64,000 nucleotides of DNA, from the NCBI GenBank assembly GCA_031835245.2, contig JAVKOQ020000009.1, positions 248,001 through 312,000 on the forward strand. The letters run 5' to 3'. The notes under the pieces were generated by a model, which was not told the origin of the DNA, did not search any database, and worked only from the letters and a program-made list of their open reading frames with translations. Positions 12,500-22,780 of the stretch are shown one piece after another. A program made the position numbers and the translations under genes. The DNA comes from Balamuthia mandrillaris (taxonomy: Eukaryota). Each line of letters starts with the position of its first letter. Within the stretch, counting starts at the first letter, position 1.

Positions 12500-13686
12500 C
12501 TACTGCCACTCGGGAGGCTTGGAGCCCATGGACTTGAGTCGTATCCTCACGGCATTGCCCGTGCTGTACATGCTGGCCATGGCCCACAATTCTTTGGACT
12601 CGGGGTCGATGGGCAAAGTCTCGTTCCATTTGCCGTTGAGGAAGAATTGGAGCTCGCGCTTGTCAAAGTCCAACAGAGCTCCCAACACGTCCCCTGCCTT
12701 CCAGCCTTCCAGCGGTTTGCGTTGTAGAGCGAAGCCGGTTCCGCTGCCAGTTACTGATGCCAGTTTAACGTTAGGACACAGAAGAAGAAGAAGAACAGGA
12801 AGAAGAAGAACAGGAAGAAGAAGAAGAAGAAGAAGAAGAAGAAGAAGAAGAAGAAGAAGAAGAAGAACAAGAAGAAGAAGAAGAAGAAGAAGAAGAAGCA
12901 GAGAGCAAAACAAATGTTGTACCAGTGTGTGAGGAAAATTTCTTATTGCACCAAGTGTAACAAACCTCGCGACGTGGATGGGTGAACTTACGTCTACCCA
13001 CATCAAAACAATCATCGATGAAGCCAACGCCCCATGTGAATTCGTTGCATTGCTCGATGACGAACTCCACCGCCACAACGCCAGAGCTGAAGCTTTGTTT
13101 GCTCCGGATGATAAAATAAGTGTGGCATCTGTGTTGGATGTGCACAAGGATGATGAACCACGTCAAAGAGGAAGCATAGGGAAAAAAAAAGAATAACGAG
13201 AATGAACAAGGGTACTCTGACGTCTTGGGCCAAACAACCAGGTCAGCAGAGGGAAAGGTGATGCCGATCTCACGCGCCCAGCAGAAGGTGTGAGGCTTTT
13301 TCGGCATCTCGTTGTCCCACTGCAAACAAGAGTCTGGTGCTTCGTGAGTTGCTCGGGTAGTTATGTTGTAAAAAAATAAGAAAGAACTGAAGACAAGAAG
13401 AAGAACAAGAACAAGAACAAAAAGAACAAGAAGAAGAAGAAGAATTAAGAAGAAAGAATAGCAAGACAGGAGCGAGGAAGGAACCTCGGTAGTTGTGAAG
13501 CCAGGAGGTCGTGCCCTGAGCAAGCTGGGTCAAGCCGAGGTCCTGCTCGCAACGGGCACGCCATGCAGCCTCGTCCAAGACAGCCTTCAAACAGGTGGAG
13601 GAGAGCAGGAAGCACGTGGGGTAGAGCTCTTTGGTGGGCACGTACCCAAAGACCATGCCCAAAACCTCCACCGGCAGCTCTTCCAT
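12500..13686 (-). CDS. F-box/SPRY-domain protein, tandem copy 2
   Basis: MEELPVEVLGMVFGYV; IRSKQSFSSGVVAVEF; GWKAGDVLGALLDFDKRELQFFLNG. Confidence 0.85.
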
Positions 13687-13842
13687 GCTCGTTTCTCACT
13701 AGTTGCTTAAAGCACACAAAATGAATAAGAGGTTGAAAGAGAGTCCTTGCTTTTCTTTGTTAATGAATGAAAGACTTGGTTAATTCATAAAGCACCACAA
13801 ACCCAGGTTGAGCAGCCTGTATCAAACCAGAGCACAAGAGCA

Positions 13843-15338
13843 TCAACGCAACTCCCATTCTGGAGGCCGGGAACCAATGGACTTGAGCCTCACCCTCACA
13901 GCGTTGCCCGCGTAGTGCATATTGGCCATGGCCCACAACCTTTGGGATGCCATATGAAGCCTCACGGTCTCGTTCCATTTGTTGTTGCGGAAGTACTGGA
14001 TCTCTCGTTTGTCAAAGTCCAACAAAGCTCCCAACACGTCCCCTTCCTTCCATCCCTCCAGCACTCGACGTCTCTGAGAAAAGATAGTAAAGCTACCGGT
14101 CACTTATAATGATTTTGTATGTTTGGAAGATGGAACAAAACAACGTTATTAACAACAGGTTAAAAGAAAGCAAAAGAGAAAGATAAAGTTACCACTGTGT
14201 GAAGCGTAAGCCCTATTGCACCAACTATAACAAACATCGCGAAATGGCTGTATGAACAGCCGGCTGCAAACATCAAAGTTTTCATCGATAAAGCCAACGC
14301 TCCATGTGCAGCCATTGCATTGTTCGATGAGGAACTCCACCGCCACCATGCCCGAGCTGAAGCTCTGTTTGCTCCGTACTGTGATGTATCCGAGTCCGCT
14401 TTTGTGAGTTTGGAAACACAAGTCAAACAACCCATTGAAAGAGACAACAGTACAAGGGGCAAGGTACACTTTGGGTGGCCAAACGACCAAGTCGGCGGTG
14501 GGAAATGAAATGCCACTAACCCAGGAGAAGGGCGGAGCAGTCTGTTTCAGTTTTTCACTGTCCCAAACCAAAAGAGAGTCTTGCAAAGTTGTCAAGTGAA
14601 GAAGAAGAAGAAGAAGAAGAAGAAGAAGAAGAAGAAGAAGAAGAAGAAGAAGAAGAAGAAGAAGAAGAAGAAGAAGAAGAAGAAGAAGAAGAAGAAGAAG
14701 AAGAAGAAGAAGAAGAAGAAGAAGAAGAAGAAGAAGAAGAAGAAGAAGAAGAAGAAGAAGAAGAAGAAGAAGAAGAAGAAGAAGAAGAAGAAGAAGAAGA
14801 AGAAGAAGAAGAAGAAGAAGAAGAAGAAGAAGAACAAGAAGAAGAAGAAGAAGAAGAAGAAGAAGAAGAAGAAGAAGAAGAAGAAGAAGAAGAAGAAGAA
14901 GAAGAAGAAGAAGAAGAAGAAGAAGAAGAAGAAGAAGAAGAAGAAGAAGAACGAAGAAGAACAAGAACAAGAAGAAGAAGAAGAAGAAGAAGAACAAGAA
15001 GAAGAAGAACAAGAACAAGAACAAGAAGAAGAAGAAGAAGAAGAACAAGAAGAAGAAGAAAGGAGAACAATAACAAGAACAAAGAACGAAGCAAAAGAAG
15101 ACAAGAAAAACATAAAGCGAGGAAAGAAACCTCGGTAGTTATGAACCCAGGAGGTCTTTCCCTGCGCAAGCTGGGTCACGCCGAGGTCCTGCTCGCAACG
15201 GGCACGCCATGCAGCCTCGTCCAAGACAGCCTTCAAACAGGTGGAGGAGAGCAGGAAGCACGTGGGGTAGAGCTCTTTGGTGGGCACGTACCCAAAGACC
15301 ATGCTCAAAACCTCCACCGGCAGCTCTTCCATGCTCAT
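13843..15338 (-). CDS. F-box/SPRY-domain protein, tandem copy 3
   Basis: MSMEELPVEVLSMVFGYV; VRSKQSFSSGMVAVEF; GWKEGDVLGALLDFDKREIQYFRN. Confidence 0.85.
14597..15060. repeat. Long (GAA)n trinucleotide tract in intron 1 of F-box copy 3
   Basis: About 460 bp of near-perfect GAA repeats with occasional CAA. Confidence 0.95.
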
Positions 15339-15430
15339 TTCTTCTCTCTCTTGTTGCAACAGAGAAGAATACAAACGCAGATGTTCAACTATCATGACGC
15401 CACGAGGCGTGTTTACAATATAAGACACCA

Positions 15431-15904
15431 TTACACGCAACGTAACTGCCATTCAGGAGGAGTGAAGCCCACGGCCTTGAGTCGTATCCGTACAGCGTTG
15501 TCGGGGCCGAACATGTTGGCCACAGCCCACAACCTTTTGGACTTGGGGTACATCTTCAGCGTGCCCTTCTGTTTGCCGTTGCGAAAGTATTGGATCTCTC
15601 GCTGGTCAAAGTCCAACAAAGCCCCCAACACGTCCCCTTCCTTCCATCCACTTCTCTCCAGGCGTTGCTGCGAAAAGGAGCATTTGGAACTGTACCAGCT
15701 GTAACTAACGGCGCGGTCTCTTCGAAGGGACCCATGCGTTGCGATGGGGAAGATCTCATCGATAAAGGCAACTCTCCAACTGCATTGGTTTTGTTGTTCA
15801 ATGATGAACTCTATCGCAATGAGTCCTGTGCTGAAGCTTTGTTTGCTCCGCACGGTTGCGTATCTTGGTCTCAACCTAAGAAACGAGAAAGAGAAAAGAG
15901 AAAC

Positions 15905-15947
<43 letters not shown>

Positions 15948-16177
15948 GCAAAAGCCTATAAGGATAGAGAAGAGAAAGAAAGCTGAAACAAAATGAAGAC
16001 ATGCAAGCAGAAAGAGAGAAACAGAACCAAAAACACAAACAAGAGACAGCCCAACGCATACCCGTCTTTGGCTGATGGGCAAACAACCAGATTGGGACTG
16101 GAAAAGCTAACAAAGGGAGGCCTATCCAACTGGTCCCATACCAAGCGGGAGTCTGCAAAGGTTTGTCTTGTCAGCAC

Positions 16178-16218
<41 letters not shown>

Positions 16219-16457
16219 AAAGAACAACCTCGATAGGTCCAATACCAGGAGGACGTGCCCTCGGCATGCTCCGTCACGCCAAGATCCCAGGCACAACGAG
16301 TGCGCCAGGCAGGCTCGTCCAACGCTGCCTTCAAACACGTGGTGGACAGCAGGAAGCATGACGGATACAGACGATTGGCGGGAATGAACCCAAACACCAT
16401 GGCCAAGACCTCCCCTGGAAGCTCCTCCAACGACACCACAACCTTTTTCGTCTCCAT
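15431..16457 (-). CDS. F-box/SPRY-domain protein, tandem copy 4
   Basis: SLEELPGEVLAMVFGFI; VRSKQSFSTGLIAIEF; GWKEGDVLGALLDFDQREIQYFRNG. Confidence 0.85.
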
Positions 16458-16539
16458 CTTTTTGCTCTTGGTTCCTTTTTTTTTGTTCTTCGCGTTACAG
16501 TCGTGACGTCTCGAAGACCGTCTACTTCCAGCTGGAAGA

Positions 16540-16660
16540 ATGGCCATTCGTGAGGGATGGAACCCAAGGGACTTTGTTCGAATCCTCACGCCGTTGCCCG
16601 AGTTCAACACGTTGGTCATGGCCCATAACCTCTTGGACTCTGGGTGAAGCTCATTCGTTG
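16540..16660 (-). pseudogene. 3'-end relic of a further F-box/SPRY copy with a frameshift
   Basis: LHPESKRLWAMTNVLNSGNGVRIRTKS, then a frameshift to LGSIPHEW. This matches paralog C-termini such as VRIRLKSMGSKPPEW. No F-box or SPRY N-terminal part lies upstream. Confidence 0.7.
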
Positions 16661-16849
16661 TTGTGGAAGTACGGGAATTCACTTCTTCCAAAGCCAATGC
16701 TAGCGCATCCCCCCCCCCCCCCCCTCCAGCACTTTCTCGACAGTCACTGAGGTGAAAGAGTGAAAAGAGACAAGAGAGAAAAGTGGAGAGAACAGTGCGC
16801 CCTTTCCTTCCCCTTCCCTCTCCTGCCCAACTCATTGTTAACCCTTCTG

Positions 16850-16905
16850 TCTTTTTCTCTTTCTCTTTCTCTTTCTCTTTCTCTTTCTCTTTCTCTTTCT
16901 CTTTC

Positions 16906-16948
<43 letters not shown>

Positions 16949-17020
16949 TTCTCTTTCTCTTTCTCTTTCTCTTTCTCTTTCTCTTTCTCTTTCTCTTTCT
17001 CTTTCTCTTTCTCTTTCTCC
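16850..17020. repeat. (CTTTCT)n microsatellite, probably within a + strand intron (GT 16795 ... AG 17026)
   Basis: Visible hexamer repeat flanked by a GTGCGC donor-like and a CTCAAG acceptor-like site. Confidence 0.8.
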
Positions 17021-17298
17021 CTCAAGAGCAATCCTGGGCACGACATGAGATATCGGGATGAAAGAACTTAACAACGTATACCAGAGCGTGCTCAAATATC
17101 TCTTTTTGGAGAACAGTTCGCCGTCGGAAAAGACTCCGTGGTGGTGCAGGTTGAAGTAGTCTTCGTATATTTGGCTAGAAAATAAGTCAAAATAACTCCT
17201 CATCAAGCACCTCAAGTTAAGTTGGATTTGGTGGCGGAGTGCCGCTCTGCCAGGTTGGGTTGAAACTGCGAAAGAAGGAGCACACATCAACAATACCG

Positions 17299-18228
17299 AT
17301 GGAACGCCCTCGCAAGAGAAGATGTATCCAATCAAAGCTGAACGGCTCGTTTGTGAAAACTTCAACAAATGCAGGGCCTTCCTTCTCTAGGGGTACGACT
17401 GAACCTGCAGAGGCGGAAGAAATAGTACTTTTGGAAGGAGACTGTGCTGAGAAGCTTTCCGATTTGCCAGACGAAAGCTTCCAGTGTTGCATTACCAGTC
17501 CGCCCTATTGGGGCATGCGGGACTACGGCGTATCCGGTCAAATAGGTTGCGAGAAAGACCTCAACGACTACCTTTCCAAGTTAGTGCAGATCTTTGCAGT
17601 AGTGCGGCGCAAGCTGACCAAGGATGGTACGCTGTGGCTTAACATCGGAGACACCTACACTAGCGGCAATCGGGCCACCAGAGCTACTGACCGAAAGAAC
17701 CCAGCCAGAAAGATGAACCATCGACCTCCCACCCCCGCGGGGCTGAAACCAAAGGACTTGGTGGGGCTCCCCTGGCGGCTGGCCTTTGCTTTGCAGAGTG
17801 AGGGGTGGTACCTCAGGTCAGACATCATATGGGAGAAGCCCAACTGCCAGCCAGAGTCAGTCAAGGATCGGCCCACTCGGTCTCACGAATATGTCTTCCT
17901 CTTCAGCAAATCCAAGAATTACTATTATGATGCTGCTGCAGTACAAGAGCCATCTGTGGATGCAAAGAAGTCCACCAGAAACCGCAGGACTGTGTGGAAG
18001 GTCAACACGAAACCCTACAAAGGCGCTCACTTTGCAACCTTTCCTGAAGAATTGGTGGAAATATGTTTAAAGGCTGGAACAAAGGAGGAATCTTGTGTGT
18101 TGGATCCCTTTTGTGGGACGGGAACAGTGGGTGCAGTGTGCAAGCAGATGTCCAAACGGCATTTTGTGGGTATTGAACTTAACCCAGAGTACATTGAGAT
18201 GGCAAGGGAACGTATCTCAAGCAACTAA
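17299..18228 (+). CDS. Beta-class amino DNA methyltransferase (N6_N4_Mtase family), likely N4-cytosine specific; intronless, bacterial type
   Basis: Catalytic motif IV TSPPYWG precedes SAM-binding motif I VLDPFCGTGT. Also GTLWLNIGD, PKDLVGLPWRLAFALQ, WYLRSDIIWEKPN.PESVKDRPTRSHEY, HFATFP and GIELNPEY. 309 aa from ATG 17299. Confidence 0.95.
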   Translation: MERPRKRRCIQSKLNGSFVKTSTNAGPSFSRGTTEPAEAEEIVLLEGDCAEKLSDLPDESFQCCITSPPYWGMRDYGVSGQIGCEKDLNDYLSKLVQIFAVVRRKLTKDGTLWLNIGDTYTSGNRATRATDRKNPARKMNHRPPTPAGLKPKDLVGLPWRLAFALQSEGWYLRSDIIWEKPNCQPESVKDRPTRSHEYVFLFSKSKNYYYDAAAVQEPSVDAKKSTRNRRTVWKVNTKPYKGAHFATFPEELVEICLKAGTKEESCVLDPFCGTGTVGAVCKQMSKRHFVGIELNPEYIEMARERISSN

Positions 18229-18263
18229 CCTGTTTTTTCTCAGAATAAATCTCACCGTTCACA

Positions 18264-18284
18264 CTATTTTGTTTCACCTTTCAA

Positions 18285-18325
<41 letters not shown>

Positions 18326-18353
18326 GAGAGAGACAGAGACAGAGAGAGCGAGC

Positions 18354-18402
<49 letters not shown>

Positions 18403-18996
18403 TGTCTGGTTGAGAAGGTGTTATACTCCAACGGGTGTCTTCCAGTCTGTAAAAAGGAGGGGTTTTTGTTGGTGTTTTAAGAACTATCTGCCACGTGATA
18501 CGAACAGACACAGAAGGGTCTGACTTGCCTTCTTTGGAATAGTCTCGCCATTTGCCTTTTGTTCTGAACCTACCGTACACGTCTCTCATTTTCCAGCTGC
18601 ATCCGCATCGCTTCGTTTGAAACCAAAAGTTATCGTCAACACGGGTGGTAGATATGAGCAACATACAAACCTGAAAGCAAAAGCCCAGCGTCAGCAAAGC
18701 AAAACCAAAAGATCCAAATGAAGATGTCCGCAATGAACGTTATGATAGTCATGATAATCATCAGCAGCGTCGAACAAGGACAACATAATGTCTTGAAGCA
18801 TGCACCGTGTTTCTTCGCCGTCTTTCCTTTTCATTGTTTTTGGCATGAAGTTATATTGTAAGCATTTTGCCACTGATGCTAAGCAGCTTTTGCAATACAG
18901 ACCGCAGCAGCATTGCATCCATACGGACAGACAACAGCAAGGTACGCCACCGCAGCAACCGATCTGGTGGCCGGTGAGAGCGTCGCTCTTCCCCAT
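18264..18996 (-). pseudogene. Cys-rich putative membrane protein, apparently frameshifted (pseudogene or assembly errors)
   Basis: MGKSDALTGHQIGCCGGVPCCC... continues plausibly only by changing frame into CFKTLCCPCSTLLMIIMTIITFIADIFIWIFWF and again into LLTLGFC...DNFWFQTKRCGC. The 3' end is uncertain. Confidence 0.35.
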
Positions 18997-19191
18997 TTTA
19001 TTTTTTTTGTTGCTTCTTTCTTGTTGTGCCAAAAGGCATCTGGTTTCTTTTTAACAACACACATATGATGTTACTGGAATTCGATATGCGAAGCTACGAG
19101 GTGTCTGCAATATCTCTGTTCATGTCGTCATGATAAGACGTCCACAAAAGAAAAAATTACATCGAAAGAGAGAAAGAAAGAAAAGCGAAAC

Positions 19192-20592
19192 ATGGAGAAG
19201 TACAAGAAGCCCTGGACCTTCATTGGGCAGGGAACCTACGGCGTGGTTCACAAGGCCGTCCAAAACGAAACCAAGCAGGTGGTGGCCATCAAGAAGATCC
19301 GTATGGGCAACGTGAGCGAAGAGGGCGTCCCCTTTGTTGGCCTTCGTGAAATCAAAATACTGAAAGAGATTCATCATCCAAACGTTGTTGGCGTACGTTT
19401 TTTTGCTTCTCCTTCTTCATCTTATTCTTCTTCTTTTCCTGTCTTTTTGATTGGTAAGTTCAACAAACCAGTTGCTGGACGTGTTTGCTCACCATGGTTC
19501 CATTTACCTTGTATTCGAATACATGGAAACGGATTTGGAGGCCATCGTCAGAGACGAAAACATTGTGCTCTCCCCGGCTGACATCAAGGCTTACATGTTG
19601 ATGCTGCTCCAAGGGCTGGAGCACTGTCATACCAACTGGGTTCTTCATAGGGTAATTCCGTCTTGTTGTTGTTCTTCTTCTTGCTCTTACTTTTCTCCTT
19701 CTCCTTCTCCTTCTCCTTCTCCTTCTCCTTCTCCTTCTCCTTCTCCTTCTCCTTCTCCTTCTCCTTCTCCTTCTCCTTCCCTTTCTTGCGTCTCCTTCTT
19801 GTTTCTCTTTCTCCTTCTCCTTCTTGTTTTCAGGACTTGAAGCCAAACAACTTGTTGATATCACCAAACGGAGTGCTAAAGCTGGCTGATTTTGGTCTGG
19901 CTCGCTTTTGGGGCAGCCCTGACCGTCGGTTCACTCACCAAGTCGTCACCAGGTTCTCTTCTTTCGTCTTCTCTAACTTATGATTTTTTTTCTCTCACTC
20001 AATTCAACCCGTACAGATGGTACAGAGCGCCAGAGCTGTTGTTTGGAGCACAAGCGTACAGCTCGTCGGTGGACATATGGGCTTGTGGCTGCATCTTTGC
20101 AGAGCTGATGTTGCGGCGGCCGTACTTTCCTGGCGACAGCGAAATCGATCAGCTTGGCAAGATCTTTGCTGCTCTTGGCACTCCCACAGAAGAGATTTGG
20201 CCGGTTCCGTTCTCTCTTCTTTCTCCTTGTTGTTTTCCGTACCTCTTCTTTCTTAACGTTATCTCTCTCTCTCGACATTGGATGATTGTAGGAGATGACT
20301 TCGTTGCCAGACTATATCGCGTTTGATCCATGTCCGGCCACTCCTTTCAAACAGCTGTTCACGGCAGCTGGAGACGATGCCATCGACCTCCTTTCACGGA
20401 TGTTAAAGTTTGATCCTGCTCAAAGAATCAGTGCTTCTGAGGTGTGTTTCTTCTCTCTTTCGCTTTTCTGTTTTTGCTCACCAAAAAAAACCATAACAAA
20501 AGGCGTTACAACATCCATACTTTAGTAATTCCCCAGCCCCAACTCCATCTGAACGACTCGTTCTTCCTAAAAAGAGCGTTGTCGCCAAGTAA
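19192..20592 (+). CDS. CDK7: Cyclin-dependent kinase 7 (CAK/TFIIH kinase), multi-exon
   Basis: [64 protein letters not shown]; the T-loop and C-terminus are CDK7-like. Confidence 0.88.
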
Positions 20593-20649
20593 TGTACATC
20601 CGTGCCTCTAAAGAAAATACCGAAGCAATAAAAGTAATAAAAGACCAAT

Positions 20650-21594
20650 TCATTCTTGCTTTTTGTCAGCAACAACTGTGGAAGAAGCATCTTCATTTGT
20701 TGTCTTTGAAGGTGTTGGTGCTGTTGGCTTTGGAGCGGTTGTGTAGAGAAAAGTGCCACCAAAGACCAGAGCAGTGCCCACCCAGTGATACACCGTGAAA
20801 GGATTGCCGAAATAGTTTACACTCACCAACAAACTGATAAACTTGCGAATGCTTATCACCAACGTCGTCGATAAGGAAGACAAGTTTCCTGTTTTCAGTT
20901 GCTCAGTAAGTCAGGTTACCACAAAACATGTGGAAGAACGAAGAGTAGAAAGACGAATAAACCTGTAAGCAAGAAAACACCACGGATGCAAATGTACTGC
21001 GTGACAATGTTGGCAAAGAGATAGACCCACATTACGGATAGGCTGGTGCCAGTGCCGGGAATGGTGACATGCTCCATTGTGTTCCAAAGGTCAATGTGCG
21101 TTTTCATGTCTCCCACCAGAAACACAAAGAAAGGCAATGCCAAAGCGTGCTGTTCCATATGAAAGTTAGAGAGAGTGGGAGAGAGAGAAGAACCGAAAAA
21201 TGAAAAAGAGAAGACAGAAGCAAACCGAATAAAACATAGTTTCTCGGTGAGGCTTTTCTTTGCCAGGTTGCTGGAATTGGATGTACGCCCATTCTTGGTA
21301 GAGGCCAAGAACAGAAGAAAGCAACAGAGCAGCTAACAGCATTGTTATGCCTATGAGAAACGTGGACATATGAAACGGCACTTTTGCTTGCGTCTGTATT
21401 GAAGATTGTGTTTTGTTTTGTCATAAATACGATTAACAAAAAACACCTAAAGAAGTGAAAAAGAAAGAACACGTACAGACTTCTGTTGGGCAGAAGCAAG
21501 AGTAGCAGTGATGATACCAACAGTGACTATCACTGCTGCCACGTATTGTTGCTTTGTGTACCTACAAATAGAAGTCGAAAGATTAAGGAGAGAA

Positions 21595-21639
<45 letters not shown>

Positions 21640-21854
21640 CGACAAAGCAAACCTTTTATGGAAGAACACGTGGCCCAACACAGCAGTCGAAATGAGAGAG
21701 CCAGAACGGAACACCATGTGCAACGGAAGGGAAATATGGAAGCCCAACGCCGCATTGTTGATGTTCGCGATCATGAAGAATATAGTTACCTATATAATAT
21801 TCATCTCATCAGTTGGACGACTTTAAACAAAAAACAAGAAGGAAAACAAGAACA

Positions 21855-21901
<47 letters not shown>

Positions 21902-22327
21902 GAGCAGAATTGTAGAGAAAAGACAAGAGAAGCAGAAGCAGAAAACCAAGAGAAGCGGAGAAAGTCTCCGGGACGAACCATAGCTGCGTAGTGAATGAAA
22001 GGAATCTGGTTGGGCTTTAGCCGTGGCAGGAACGATGGCAGGAAACTGTTGTTTCCTTTCTTCTTTCCCTCTTTTTGGCTTCCCTCATCCTCCTCATCCT
22101 CAGCTTTTTCTTTCCTCCGACCCGCTGTCGAAGAAGGAAACTCCAAGTGAATGATAAAACCCTCCAAAGCTATCACCAAAAACTGTGCAAACGTGATCAC
22201 ACTGGCTGCTGAATCATCTGCCCTGTTTTTTTTTTTTTTTGTTTTCACTGTTACAACATGAAGCAGAGGAAGTGGAGAGAGAGGTAGAGAGAGCAGCGGA
22301 AGAGAGAGAGAGAGAGGGGGAGGGAGG

Positions 22328-22391
<64 letters not shown>

Positions 22392-22564
22392 GAAGAAAGA
22401 GAGAGTAGAGAGAAAGCAGAGAGTGGGAGTGAGAGAAAGAGTGAGAGAGGAGAGACTAACCGTACAAGAAACTCCAGTGATACGTTGTTGAGGCCACAAC
22501 CGACCAGGACGAGGGTGATGGCCAGCACTATCGTCCTTCGTTTCTGTGCGTTGCTCGCTTCCAT
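20650..22564 (-). CDS. SLC35B4: UDP-GlcNAc/UDP-xylose nucleotide-sugar transporter (SLC35B4/YEA4-like), multi-exon
   Basis: GCGLNNVSLE, ITFAQFL, NNAALGFHISLPLHMVFRSGSL, GLYQEWAY, TQYICIRGV, SSLSTTLVISIRKFISLLVSVNYFGNPFT. Confidence 0.88.
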
Positions 22565-22780
22565 CTTTTTTCTGTCTTTCTTTTCTATTCGTTTTTTTTT
22601 TGTTCGGCGTCATCGATTATTGGTGAGGTAACCGATTTTTCACAATAACAATTCGCGATAATTGGTAGGCAAGAATGACCTCAAAAAAAAAACAAACTGT
22701 CAACAACCAGTGTCGAACGTATAAAGAGCAAGTTCTGTTAATTAATTCATGTCTAAAGAATCCAAAGAATGTGCATTCTT

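Noticed and set aside
14149..15704. Long poly-E/K/L/S/F ORFs
   Set aside because: Artefacts of translating the intronic (GAA)n tract in six frames.
16838..17368. Minus-strand ORF next to the MTase as a cognate restriction endonuclease
   Set aside because: It overlaps the MTase start, runs into a microsatellite, and shows no PD-(D/E)xK, HNH or GIY-YIG motif.
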